A DNA stretch of 64,000 bases from Octopus sinensis. Lineage: Eukaryota. Positions 13,668 through 25,967 of the stretch are shown here, in pieces. The notes beneath the pieces are model-generated. The model worked only from the letters and a program-made list of their open reading frames with translations. It did not search any database and had not been told where the DNA came from. The position numbers were made by a program, and so were the translations under genes. The stretch is from the NCBI RefSeq assembly GCF_006345805.1, contig NC_043000.1, positions 124,062,001 through 124,126,000 of the forward strand, read 5' to 3'. Each line of letters begins with the position of its first letter. The first letter of the stretch is position 1.

Positions 13668-14239
13668 CTTGCTCCCTTATACGTGCTCCCTTACAGTTTC
13701 CGTCTGCAAAATTCACCCACAGCATATTGGTCGGCCCGGGACTATAGTAAATACTTGCTCAATGGGTCGCGTAGTGGGACTGAACCCAAACCCACATAGT
13801 TGCAAAACGAGCTTGTAAACCACACATTCAACCGGTTTTGGAACTAAATTATTACTGCTTTATATCCTTTGTCACAACCTTTTTTAAAGTAAATTTCGTA
13901 CTTTCTAAATGGCTCTTTATATAAATATCAAATAGATGTTTTAACAAAACCTGTTTGATATTCCGTGTCTTCTGCTTTTTTAACTTTCGGTCTATAATGT
14001 TTAAAAGTTATTTCATTTCATTAATTTATTTCCATCTTTCTTACATACAAATGCTTAAAGAAAAAGTGTATTTGTTTGGAAGCGATTTGATTTTTGCTGA
14101 TTGATGAAGGAGACTTGGTTATTATTTCTAGTACATCTGGCGGTTACCTATAGGCTACTGTGATTGAGCGGAAAGCAAAAGAATAGCTGATATGCAAAAA
14201 CAAAAATTGTGCGATAAACGAAAAACGAATTTGTTAAGA

Positions 14240-14461
14240 GCGCTGTGGGCAGAATCGTTGGCACACCGGGCAAAATGCTTAGTGGTATTTAATCTGTCTG
14301 CACGTTCTGAGTTCAAATTCCGCCGAGGTCGACTTTGCCTCGCATCCTTTCGGGGTCGATAAATTAAGTACCAGTTACGCACCGAGGGCGATGTAATCGA
14401 CTAGTCTCCTCCCCCCAAATTTCTGGTCTTGTGTCTTTTGTAGAAAGGATTATTATTATTA
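14240..14461 (+). mobile_element. tRNA-derived SINE (short family)
   Basis: B-box-like GAGTTCAAATTCC, body GCCGAGGTCGACTTTGCC...GGGGTCGATAAATTAAGTACCAG, (ATT)n tail; many copies in window. Confidence 0.8.
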
Positions 14462-15109
14462 TTTTAGTTATTCTGCAATAGACCTACTTTCTTCTAAACT
14501 CCATTTCTATTTACTATAATTGAAAAGAAATCGCGCTAAATTCTGATGATTACAAATTTATCCTTAAAAAAAAGAAGGCGATATGGGAGTATATTGTGCC
14601 GTTTTTACTGTCTTTTAGGATTTTTGTCAACGATTAGTTTTTAAACTTCTGCTCATGTTTTCCAACCTTGGTACATAATGAGCCTGGTGGTTGTCGAATA
14701 TTGGCCAAAAGTTCTCTATGCAATACAGAATAATGTTTTCTTCATTTGTATTTTAACATATTATTGCTATTATCATCATTTAATTAACATTCTTACTGCA
14801 AGAGCATTATTCTTCTTATTTTCATTCATTCGCCGAGGTCGATATTGCCTTTCATCCTTTCGGGGTCGGTAAAATAAGTCCATGTCAAGAACTGGGTTCG
14901 ATATAGTCGACTGCCCCACTCTCAAAAACTTCTTGTACCGAGCCAAAAATTGGAAACATTATTATTATAATCATTCAATTGTGAAACCTAAAGAAAATCA
15001 AAACTCGGGGAAGTGAAAACAATATGATCGTCAAGAAAAGAACTAGAATTATTTGTCGTACTAGCATCCATACTTAAATTGGCATAGCTACACAATTGTG
15101 CCACTCGTC

Positions 15110-15497
15110 CTCTACCACTAATATCTATTTCTGTGATAGTTATGAGGAAACAAAATTGGTAGAGGAATACGCTTAAATTCCTACTTCGGATGATTTCACT
15201 TAAATCTGCCGGTCAAAGTGAAAAGATCCCCTACTTCTTTTACATATATATTTCATATGACTTGTCGACAATGGTTTTCTCGAGATTTAATGAAGTCCTG
15301 TTCCAATCAGTAAAAACTAGAGATTACACAATTGTGCCACTTATTCCCATTTCTGTGATAGTAGTGAGGAAACAAAGTTGGTAGGGGAACACGCTTAAAT
15401 TCCTACTTCTTTTACATAGATATTTCATGTGATTCGTCGACTATGGTTTTCTAGAGATTTGACAAAGTCCTGTTCCTATCAGTAAAAACTAGAGATT
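15110..15497 (+). repeat. Diverged tandem duplication (about 170-bp unit) upstream of the putative TSS
   Basis: ACACAATTGTGCCAC...TCAGTAAAAACTAGAGATT occurs twice; copy 1 has an insert of about 50 bp. Confidence 0.8.
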
Positions 15498-15616
15498 GCT
15501 TTTCGTGGTTAACTGAGAATTAATCACGAATATCTGTCCATCCATACTTGTGCAATTCTGACTATTCTTTCATTCCATAGTATAATGACGCAGGCGTAGT
15601 TGAACGTTGCAATTAT

Positions 15617-15632
15617 CTCCTCCTTCCTTTTC
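15617..15632 (+). promoter_or_regulatory. TCT/5'TOP-like pyrimidine initiator of the U16 host gene
   Basis: CTCCTCCTTCCTTTTC in a CpG-retaining region about 115 nt upstream of the ATG; resembles ribosomal-protein and snoRNA-host starts. Confidence 0.5.
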
Positions 15633-15741
15633 AAGCGTGGCTCTCCATCTCTACCTGACCTGTTCTCTGAGAGTTCCACAAACTTTGTCTTTTTGTTGCT
15701 CTAACCTTTTTAAAGCAGACCAACTCTTGTGATATTGATAA

Positions 15742-15782
15742 ATGACTATGGCACGCAAAAAGAATAAGCAAGCTTACAAACC
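15742..15782 (+). CDS. U16-host gene coding exon 1 (MTMARKKNKQAYKP)
   Basis: ATG, 41 nt, then GTAAGT donor at 15783; phase 2 matches the next exon. Confidence 0.7.
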
Positions 15783-16586
15783 GTAAGTTGGTCGAAAATC
15801 GCGTAATTTTTCTACTTTATTTTACAACATGGTGGCCATACACCCAAAGTAGCACATGTCTCCTCATATTCTCTCTCTCTCACTCCCTTTTTAACTCTCG
15901 TCACTTTTATTCTTCGTTTCTCCTCCATATATCCAAAGTCCTATTTAAATAATTAGTTAAACTGAAGAGATCATCTTCGTTACTGAAAATTTAATTCTCA
16001 AACTAACACCATTCTTCAAATTTATTCTGTTAAGCTTTTTTTTGTTTTTTTATCTATTTCTCATAATTATTAATTTATAAGGAAATATTTATTCTTGCAC
16101 ATAAACGTTCTGAGTTCAAATTCCGCCGAGATCAACTTTAATCCTTTCGGATCGATGAAATATAGCACCAAAGTATTAGATTCAGTATAACCGACTGTTC
16201 CCTTGTCTCAAATTTAAGGGGCTTCTAAGAAAGTATTATAAATAGCTGCACTGAGGAATGTATTTTAAGTTCTAAGAAATTGTCACGTGTCAATATTACC
16301 AGACACTTTGGATTTTTGGAAGTTATTCATGTATTTCTTTCTTTATAATATATTTTTACTCATTTGAATAGACACCTAAGTCTCGTACGAGATGATTACG
16401 CTAGTACGTGTATGATAGTTTTCCCGTATAGAAAGTATTGATAAAACTTAGGTGAATACCCACTAAACGATCGAGACCGTATTACAATGACCGGTTTTGT
16501 GCTTTAACTCCATATGCTATCTTCTATCCCCAAATCCAATTCATTTAACTCGTCATAAGATTAAAAAAATTGTGAGAAGTCTTGAT

Positions 16587-16794
16587 ATATATATATATGA
16601 AAGAAAAAGGTGTTCAGAATGCTGGATGGTTGTAAAAATATATATTTATTTACATATCACATATTATTTCTTCATATAAGCGCTTTCAACTACTCCTGTA
16701 GCGCTAATATGTAGAAATAATATGGGATATGTAAATAAATATATATTTTTACAACCATCCAGCATTCTGAACACTATTTTCTTTCATATGTATC
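16587..16794. repeat. Foldback inverted repeat (about 95-bp arms, short loop) in intron 1
   Basis: ATATGAAAGAAAAAGGTGTTCAGAATGCTGGATGG... pairs with ...CCATCCAGCATTCTGAACACTATTTTCTTTCATAT. Confidence 0.9.
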
Positions 16795-17732
16795 AAATCT
16801 GTACATCACCCCTAATACTTCTAACATATATATATATATGGCAATCTTACGATCTATCTCTTGCTAGCTTTATATGAAATTCTACCTCTCGGAGCTAGAG
16901 CTTTTGTTCCAGTTCAGACTTCATTTCATTAGCTGTTCACTTTTTACACACAATTATTCTTTTTAGGTACTTGATGGCAAGTTTCAATCTTAGTAAAACC
17001 GATTATTTTGTCAGAACTTCGGGCTTTTTTGTTGCGGCAAATAAGACACTATGTTGGAATAATCTTAAATCTTTGAAGTTCGACCTTAGCACAATTTCTA
17101 ATAAATTTGAAATGCAAAATTCTATGTACTTGGAATTTAATCTTATGTAAACATAAATTAATACCAATAACTTTTAATACTGACAACTTTTAAAAAAAAT
17201 GAATGTCAACACATCTAATTTCCATATTGCCAAACAATCTTCCAATTCGTAACTTTTCTAGCCTACTTTTGCCACTTGATGTGTGTGTGTGCATTTAAAG
17301 GAACATATTTTCGAGAAAATTTTAATTATTTTCTCTGAAATTCTAGGCGAATGTAATTTTCTTTTTTTCAATTAATGTCAGACTGTTACACTGTTAAAGT
17401 GGTTGGCATCCAGCCATAGAAACTATGCCAATGCAGACATTGGAACTTGATACAATCTTCCTGCTTTTTGGATCTGGTTAAACCGTCCAACCCATGCCAG
17501 CATGGAAAACAGGCGTTAAATGATTATGATCAATCTCAATAGAAGAAATGTTATTAAAGAACAATTGCTCTTTCTAGAAAAGTGAAATAATAATGAAAGT
17601 AGTTAGGGTAAATCCTTCCTTATTTTATTCATTAACCATTTCTCTCAGTTAATTTGACCAGTCTATTTAAATGCATCCACTTTTTTGTTTCTCTAAGTCT
17701 TGTCTGATGCTAATATTTATTGTTATTTCTAG

Positions 17733-17796
17733 GCCAGCTGGTGGGGCCACTATCGCGCCTGCTCAAGTAAACAAAACAAAAGCTCCATTAGACAGT
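17733..17796 (+). CDS. U16-host gene coding exon 2 (PAGGATIAPAQVNKTKAPLDS)
   Basis: TTATTTCTAG acceptor, GTAAGT donor, 64 nt (phase 2 to 0), open frame. Confidence 0.8.
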
Positions 17797-18329
17797 GTAA
17801 GTATTGCATATGAGCTGATGAAATGCCTTGTCTAAGAAAAAGCATTCCATTTTTCAGCAAAATAGCATTATGAAGTCCATTTTAAGATGTCTCGACAAAC
17901 TGATTGAAGTAACTGAATTGAGATGGATGACTTGCAAGCATGTTGTTGAGTGATTGAACTAAAAAAATATTGCTTTGAAACATTTGCTTACCTGTAATAC
18001 CAATATCCGATCACTAGGATCTGTGTAGCTTGTGTTAACATAAATGATAAGACTTGGCCAGTTGTGTCATTGTTATTAGTTTACATAGATCAGTTGACAG
18101 TTATTGTTTGTATGGGCTTCCATAGATCTAGATCTATTTAAGATTTGGTCTATTCTTGACTATTGGTTCTTTGCCATTAAGAATTTCCATGAAAGCAATG
18201 GTGACAGAAACAAATTCTTCAACTGTATCTAATATGGAAGCTTAACTGAATTGCCTGTTTATGATTTCCAGCTGTTGCTCATTTGTTGGTTTGAAACCTT
18301 GTTAGATTGTGTCCAAAAGAAGACCATTT

Positions 18330-19426
18330 AACTGGGGTTTGGCCGAAAAGATCATAGGTTGACCAAGATACTCATAGAATGTGACCAAATGAGGTTTATT
18401 TTTCAACATAGTCCCCCTTGTGGTTTACACACTCCTTCAATTGGTGTTGCAGTGCTTGGATCCCATTGGTGAAAGAGCTTTCATCCTGTTGGATATTATG
18501 TTATCACCGATACTGGTTCCCAGTCTAGTGTTTTTTCATGTTGTGGGACATGATAGATGGTGTTAAATTGGGAGAATAAGGTGATAAACCAGTTCAAAGC
18601 TACAATTATGCACAGCAGTCCTGATGGTGTTGCCCTTTTGTAGATAAACACAATGCGTTTTGCATTTCAAAAATACTGAAGCCATCCCTTTCCCTGCAGA
18701 TGAAATGATGTTGGCTTTCTTTGGAGCAGGTGAGAAGGGATGTTTCCTTTGCATGGATTGTCTCTTTGTCTCTGGTTCAAAGTGATGAACCTAACCCTCA
18801 TCCTGGATTAGGAAATGTTCAAGGAACCCAGCTGGTTCTGCCTCAAACGATATCACATTTTCCGGTGATGTAATCAACTTGATGTGCTTTTGAACAGCTG
18901 TCAGATGTGGCACCCATTGAGCAGAAATGTTCATCATGCTAAGTTCATTGTGTAGAATATTCTCAACTCTCTCTCACAGGATATGCTTATAACTTTGGTT
19001 GTTTGATTTATAGTCAACTATTTGTCATCCATCACTATTTGGTGAACATGACCAATGTTTTCCTTCATGGTGGCAGTTGCAAGACGTCTAGATCTTGGGC
19101 CACCTTCAACACCCTCCCTTCTCCTAAATTCAGCTGTTCACTTTTGCACTGTTGATAAAGCTGGAGCATCATCCCCTAATGTAACAACCAAGTCAGCATG
19201 AAAGCCATTGGTGGCTAAACTCATTCTGCAGGTACTTGATAGCACCACAAGGTCAAATTCATTTTCAAGAGAAGTCACTACTGCTTACTTTCGAAGTCTT
19301 TGAACTGCCAGTTTACTTGGAAAGAAACAATGCAGTTATTAAGAAGAGCTGAAATTATGTGTGTGAGATTTCACAACTCTAGCATCACTCCTTCATAGCC
19401 TATGAACTTTTCAGCCCACCTTTGTA
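18330..19426 (-). mobile_element. Degenerate mariner element in intron 2
   Basis: Minus-strand HHFEPETKRQSMQRKHPFSPAPKKA...SAGKGMASVF; imperfect TIRs of about 27 bp (GGCCGAAAAGATCATAGG / CCTATGAACTTTTCAGCCC). Confidence 0.8.
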
Positions 19427-19930
19427 TTTATACTGTGTTTCATCTCCCACATTCCATGCTAAGAGTTTTGCACAGATCGTACTATGTAGGACTGTGCTAC
19501 AACTCTGGAATTTCTGCGGTTCCTCTTTCTCCCAGCAGCCATGTACAAATCCTCAAACTAAATATTGAAATACATCACTCTATGTAGACTTAAGTGTCTG
19601 CTCCCTCTTCATTTATCTAGCTCATTTTTAACAAGTAGAATAGAGAAATGTTACTGTGTTTCTTGTCATACTTTAAGCTTTAAAGATGTGTTATTGCATG
19701 ATTATTGATGTAACTAGTAATTATTAGTTATTCATGTTTGTTAACTCTAACTATTAACTTCTACTGTTCATCTGTTAACTAAAAATTTTAGAAGCTATTC
19801 CAGGATTGTACTGACTAGATTATTTTTTTCTCTGTATCATGTCCTTTTAGATGTAGCTTTTGGATCTTAGCTAAAATCTGTTTCATTATCTTTAGTGAAA
19901 TGTAAGTTTTGAAATGTTCTCTTCTTACAG

Positions 19931-20212
19931 AAAACAGAAGCATTCGTAGACAGTTTGTATAATGCAACATTTCAGAGGTATGACGCACGGCCAAATTCCA
20001 TGGAAGGTGTTTATATAGTACTTCGCTGGTATAAATTTAGTAAAACATGGATAACGCTGTATGTTGGTGAAGGAGATATCCGTTTAGAACTAAACCGCTT
20101 ATTTGGCCCCTGCAAGACATGCAAACCAATTACCAAATACTTGTCATCAGTTTCTAAGACCGATCGTAAGAGATTGCTTGCTCTGAAGTGGATTCCATAT
20201 CCTGATTTTAAG
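19931..20212 (+). CDS. U16-host gene coding exon 3, GIY-YIG-like core (GVYIVLRWYKFSKTWITLYVGEGDIR...)
   Basis: CTTCTTACAG acceptor, AAG|GTAATT donor, 282 nt phase 0-0, no stops, protein-like composition. Confidence 0.85.
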
Positions 20213-21414
20213 GTAATTTGTATTCCATTTATTATTGGGAAAATGTACATAGTCTGCTTTGAGGTCTTTAGGATTATTAGTTGTTTTTACAAACATTCTT
20301 TTCAAGCAAGTTGATTTTTACACAAATGTACATTTGCAATATATATATATCAATATCATTATCATTTAGCAATCCGTTTTCCAAGCTGGCATGGGTTAGA
20401 TGGGCTGACTGGGATGGGTAAGCCAGAGAGCTGTACAGGGCTCCAGTCTGATTTGGCTTGGTTTCTATAGCTGAATGCCCTTCCTAATGCCAACCGCTCT
20501 ATGTGTCACTGGCATTGGTCAGTGAAACTAATTTCACATGTCTTCTCATGTACAGTAAATGGCATGGCATAACTACAGATTTCTGCACCCCCCTGACTTT
20601 GGATGATCATAACAGAAAAATGGATATTTTTTAATGAAATTTTCTATGACTATGTGTTATATCATGTAGATTCTGAATATGCAAAATTTTTTTGGAGGAA
20701 GTGTTTTATGAGAGGGTGGGGAATTTCAGAAAATTCACTGGATATTTTTAAATGAAATTCTCTACAAATATACCTCAGACTATGTAGATTCTGAGGACAT
20801 AGGAATTTTGGGGGGAAACAATTGGGGGTTATTTTTGAGAACTATTCCCCACTCGGGTGTTTCCAAAGGGGTGGGGCAGAAATCTGTAGTTATGCCCAGT
20901 AAATCCCCAAAGATCTTAATCACTTGTCATTGTCCCGTGTCTTCTTGGGTCTACCTTTTCCACAGGTTTCCTCCACAGGATCGGCATGTTGAATCATGGA
21001 TGTTGGAAGATAGACACAACTATCAATTGACTATGTTATAAAACTATAACCCACTGGTTACCCACCTGTTGCTAAAGATTTTGTTGATTGGAAAACTTAA
21101 AAACTTACGACAGGTGTTGTCAGTGGGTTATTATTCTGCTGCTGCTCTTCAACCTTTCTGTACAGCTTGTCGTCACCTCCACCCCTGCTTCTTATCACCT
21201 TCCCCTCCATATTTACTATTGTCCTCATTTACAGTTCACTGCCTTCATCTCAAACCATTTCTTACAATTACCCCATGCTCTTGCAAACTCTACCTACCCA
21301 CCCTTCCTGATCTACTTCTACTTTCTCTTCTATTTACCTTCTTATACCTTGGTGTCACCATCTTTATTACCCTTTCCAGTTTCTCCCTAATTACTCCCAC
21401 CCACCTTTATATTA

Positions 21415-21795
21415 TGTAGCTGTGTGGTAAGTAGCTTGCTTACGAACCACATGGTTCCGGGTTCAGTCCCACTGCATGGCACCTTGGGCAAGTGTCTTCT
21501 ACAATAGCCTTGGGCCGACCAAAGCCTTGTGAGTGGATTTGGTAGATGGAAACTGAAAGAAGCCCGTTGTATGTATATATATATATATATATATGTTTGT
21601 GTTTGTCCCCCCCACCCAAACATCGCTTGACAACCAATGCTGGTGTGTTTATGTCCCCATAACTTAGCGGTTCAGCAAAAGACACCAATAGAATAAGTAC
21701 TAGACTTACAAAGAATAAGTCCTGGGGTTGATTTGCTTGACTAAAGGCGGCACTCCAGCATGGCCACAGTCACATGACTGAAACAAGTAAAAGAG
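21415..21795 (+). mobile_element. tRNA-derived SINE (long family)
   Basis: GCTGTGTGGTAAGTAGCTTGC...GGGTTCAGTCCC head, internal (TA)n, tail ...GACTGAAACAAGTAAAAGAG; related copies at 32213, 52837, 54152, 61800. Confidence 0.8.
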
Positions 21796-21904
21796 GGTAG
21801 CAATGTATCTCCTTTACAGCAAGAAACCATTTCCCATCCCTATATCCTACTTCAATCACTCAACATCTAGCATTATGCTGCCTCTCTTTTTACTATACTC
21901 CCAC

Positions 21905-22250
21905 CCAGTGAAGGCACATGGCTCAGTGGTTAGAGTATTTGGCTCACGATTGTAATGTTGCAAAGTTCAATTCTTGGCAGTGCGTTGTGGCTTTAAGCAA
22001 GACATTTTATTCCATGTTGTTCCAGTTCACTCAACCAGCAAAAATGAGTGGTACCTTTATTTCAAAGGGCCAGCCTTGTCACAGTTTGTATCATACTGAA
22101 TCTCCTCGGAAACTATGTTGAGGGTATGCCTGTTTGTGGAGTGCTTAGCCACTTGCTTGTTAATTTAATGAGCAAGCTGTTAACATTGATTGGATCAACT
22201 GGAACCCTCAATGTTGTTGCTGTCAGAGCACCAGTTGTGCTCTCACTCAG
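21905..22250 (+). mobile_element. tRNA-derived SINE (third family), degenerate
   Basis: A-box-like TGGCTCAGTGG and B-box-like AGTTCAATTC followed by a SINE-type body. Confidence 0.6.
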
Positions 22251-22526
22251 TTAAGGGGGTCTTTTTAATCTTGCTAGTTGTATGGCCATCTCACTAGTGC
22301 TGGCACCACAAGAAAAAAGCACCCAATACACTCTGTAAAACGGTTGTCATTAGGATGGGCATCCAGCCATAGAAACCATTTTAAAGCAGATAGTGGAGTT
22401 TGATGCAGTTCTCCAATTCATGGACCCTGTAGAAACTTTCAACCCATGCCAGCATGGAAGGCAGATGTTAAATGATGATGATGATATCCTGAAGTACAAA
22501 TCTAAGTGCTATAATGTATTGAATCA

Positions 22527-22740
22527 TCATCATCTTCATCGTTTAACGTCCGTTTTCCATGCTAGCATAGGTTGAACAGTTCAACTGGGGTCTGGGAAGC
22601 CAGGAGGCTGCACCAGGCTCCAGTCTGACCTGGCAGTGTTTCTACAGCTGGATGCCCTTCCTAACGCCAACCACTCCGTGAGTGTAGTGGGTGCTTTTTA
22701 CATGCCACTGACACAAGAGCCAGTCAAGGCAGCACTGGCA
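22527..22740 (-). mobile_element. RTE LINE 3' UTR fragment
   Basis: Reverse complement of the 3' end of the RTE at 41660-41825, including the (GAT)n tail. Confidence 0.85.
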
Positions 22741-23155
22741 TATTGTACTATTTCTGCTAAAGTTTGGACCATGTCAAGTGAAATAAGTAAAAATGCTATG
22801 CCATTCTTCAAATGAATTGATAGCAGCTGATGATGATCTTGTTCAGTGTTACTAAATCATTATTATCATTTAGTTATTGAAATTAGTGGCTCTGAGACAT
22901 GCACAGAATATTGTTATATCATCTGCTTAATGTTATCTAAAAGGCTCTATCCTAAAATGATCTCAATAAGTGGCTTCTACAGTGTTATCGATTCTAGGAA
23001 TTCAATATTTCCATTTTGAATTGTAATCAGAAAATATAATAATTTTTTACAATATTTTAGTTTTCTTATTTAATGTACTTACTGAATATATTATTAACAA
23101 AATGACAATTTATATGCTTAATAAATATGCTAACATGTATTTTTGTAATTTTTAG

Positions 23156-23233
23156 ACTACCATGAAAGACATCAGAACTGTCATTGCTGCAAAATATAAC
23201 GATGGTGGTGAACCGCCATTTAATTGCGTTTAG
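23156..23233 (+). CDS. U16-host gene coding exon 4 (TTMKDIRTVIAAKYNDGGEPPFNCV*); exon continues as UTR to a donor after 23276
   Basis: TTTTTAG acceptor with GCTAAC branch-like site; phase 0; TAG at 23231-23233; ATG|GTAAGT donor 43 nt later. Confidence 0.8.
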   Translation, partial: TTMKDIRTVIAAKYNDGGEPPFNCV

Positions 23234-24091
23234 CAAAACATACAGAAGGTTTTAGCCTGCTTGTATACAGAATATGGTAAGTTCTTTTCATCGATACTTT
23301 TTTTGCTACAATATTTCTAATTAAAAACGCACTATGTCTCTTAAAAGTTTATAGTGATTTTGTAAAACAAATATAACAATGTATTACAGTAGTACTTGGA
23401 ATGTAACTTGACAAAAAAAAAGCTAAAACTATAGTGATATATAAAGTCAATATATAATGTAATGTGTTTTTAGCCATTAGTCCCAAATACCCATTATATT
23501 TATGGCAAAAATACCCTAATTTCATTCAGTTTTCCCTTTTCCTTTAAACTCTGGTACTTATTCTATTTGTCTCTTTTGTTGAAATCACTAAATTATAAGA
23601 GCATAAACAAAGCAACACCAGCTGTTGAGCAGTGGTGGAAGTTACACAAAACTCAATGGGGCATGTGCCCAAACATGCAATGTATCAAATAGACTCAAAA
23701 GGCATTGTTTGGCCCAGAGTTATAATAGGAGAAAGACATGCAATGGGACTGAACTTGAAGCCATGTGGTTGCAAAGTGAGTCATACCTGCATTTTCATAG
23801 CAGTTAGTCCTTATTATCATATGGAACTCTTGAATTAGAAACAAAAGGGAATAGTCATTTGCTTTTGAATAAATCCCAAAGAAGATTATAATTGACTTCT
23901 GCAGAAAATATATAGAAACAAAAAGTGGGCAAGTAATATTTCATGCATGTGGCCCTCTCCCACTTGGAAATGGTATAATGTGGCCTCCAGTTGATGAAAA
24001 GTTGCCGATCCCTGCTCTACGTGAAGCTTAATTCTTTTCTCAACAACTGTAAAATGGATGTAAATTATAATTGATACTTTGTGTCATCAAC

Positions 24092-24191
24092 TGACAATGA
24101 TGTTGTAATTTGCGTCTGATGGTGCAGTGCGCAGACTACTGCCTATTGTCAAAATGCCACAGGCTCATTGAAGAACATTGGAACTGAGCAA
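24092..24191 (+). ncRNA. SNORD16: Box C/D snoRNA U16 copy 1 (subfamily A)
   Basis: Box C ATGATG, guide GTAATTTGCG, D' CTGA, C' TTGAAGA, D CTGA, GCAA end; 5' terminal stem degenerate. Confidence 0.85.
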
Positions 24192-24251
24192 GTTATTGGT
24201 ATTGCTGCAAATATTTTTATATAATTCTGCTAATTTTATAGATTTATGTAA

Positions 24252-24764
24252 TCTATATATATAAAACTGTAGTTGTGTGAGTGTCTGTCCCCTTCGATTT
24301 AGATTCCTAACTACTCCCACATTTTGCGGTGCAGTTTAACCAAATTCGGGTATCTTATAGTCGTGATTCATATCGAGCCCGTCTGAGTATTAGCGCGCGT
24401 CTACGATGAGTCTACGATTTTAAAAATGATTTAACATCATTTTTTATTCCATTTTAATGCATAATTTTTCATGTGTCGATGGCGGCGGAGTTGGCGTCCA
24501 TGGTCACACCTGCACCTGTTTGCTTCTCCCCCTTCTTCCCTCCCTCGTGAAGCTGTGGGGAAGGGAGTGTAAAGAAATCAACGTCGTAAAGCGTTGTCAA
24601 GGAGACCAGCGTTCTTTTAGAACAACGACTTCATGGCTTGAAGACACCAAAACAGAAATGGCTAAGAAAGCCCGAATTGGCATCTATAAGGGAAGTAACT
24701 CTATAAAAATGCTTATATAGTTATTTCCCTTACAAACCCGTGCAACACCGGGCGATACTGCTAG
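24252..24764 (+). mobile_element. Complete non-autonomous Helitron (family A)
   Basis: A|TC...hairpin...CTAG|T, inserted between A and T with no TSD. Confidence 0.9.
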
Positions 24765-25029
24765 TACATATATAAAAATAGTTGTTTTAATATCATTTTT
24801 CCATGCTTGCATGGGTCAGATGGAATTTGTTTAGACACATTCTCTATCATAAGAAGACATTTCTGATGACCCCAACATGTTTTCATGCAAGATTTGAAAT
24901 GGACACTGCTTGCACGATGGTGACACTTGCTTACCACTATTGCACAACATCAAGGCAAGGAGATGATAATACATACAGACATTTATTTATACCAAGTCTT
25001 TTCAAGGTTTTGATTGGCTCATGGTTACA

Positions 25030-25355
25030 GTAGTAGACCAGCAGAATTCATCTACGAAGCAATTGCCCCAGCTCCCCTTCAGGGTTGGCGAAAGCGATGT
25101 GGTGGACAACGAAAAACCTGGCTAACGACAGTCAAGGCTGATCTGGAACCCAACCTAGGCCCCTATTTCAACGACAGTCAAGGCTGATCTGGAACCCAAC
25201 CTAGGCCCCTATTTCTATGGCCTTCGCCGCTGGAATAAGGAGTGGTTGGAGATCACGCGGTCGTTAGCCTCAAATTGCCAGGCCTGATCTGCGTTTGTGA
25301 GAGATGCAGCATTGAGGATGAATGAAGCCAGCTCAACCTACCCTGGGTGAATGCT
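25030..25355 (+). mobile_element. 3' fragment of an RTE-like LINE with an internal 46-bp tandem duplication
   Basis: Translates RKTWLTTVKADLEPNLGPLFYGLRRWNKEWLEITRSLASN...SAFVRDAA, resembling RTE ORF C-termini (recalled); AACGACAGTCAAGG...CCCCTATTTC duplicated. Confidence 0.55.
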
Positions 25356-25863
25356 GTCTCAAGACAAGAAGACATTAGTAGACACTTGACCCAAGTGCCA
25401 CAAAGTGGGACTGAACTCAAGACCATGTGGTTGGAAAGCAAACTTATCTCACATCCATGCCTGTTTATTTTTAAAACTAATGAGATGGCTATGATGACTT
25501 TTCACATTTCAGTGCACCTGGCTCAGCTCATTTGTGTTTTCAATGGCTAGTAGTGTGAAAAAATATTACACATTCTAGGACACGAATATTCAATATTCTG
25601 GTGTCACATTATTCAATGTTTATTTGAGAACTTACTCTTCAATACCATATTGATGCCGGTTGGGAATAATTAAAAGACTTTTGATTTTATTTGCTTGGTG
25701 TATGATATGAATACAAGATGTAAGAAAGTATTTTGTTGTAGACGTATTTACCACTAGTAATATTCTAGTAAGGCTAAGTTTGCAACATATTCCTGTCATT
25801 TCAGGAACAAGGATTTTCCCCTCTTTGTTTGGTGATATTATTGTACTATAGTGTTGAGCTAAT

Positions 25864-25967
25864 TTGCAATGATGCTGTAATTTGCGTCTGATGGTGCAGT
25901 GTGCAGACAGTTGCCTGCTGTCAATTAATGTCACTGGCTCTCATTGAAGAAGTTTTAAACTGAGCAA
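25864..25967 (+). ncRNA. SNORD16: snoRNA U16 copy 2
   Basis: TTGC/GCAA terminal stem, C/D'/C'/D boxes, internal GACAGTTGCCTGCTGTCA as in vertebrate U16 (recalled). Confidence 0.92.

Noticed and set aside
14240-14330. tRNA-like heads of the SINEs as tRNA genes
   Set aside because: No complete cloverleaf; they continue into SINE bodies
22830-22895. ATGATGA...CTGA in intron 3 of the U16 host, a possible extra C/D snoRNA
   Set aside because: No terminal stem, no clear C'/D' and no recognisable rRNA complement; likely chance in AT-rich DNA
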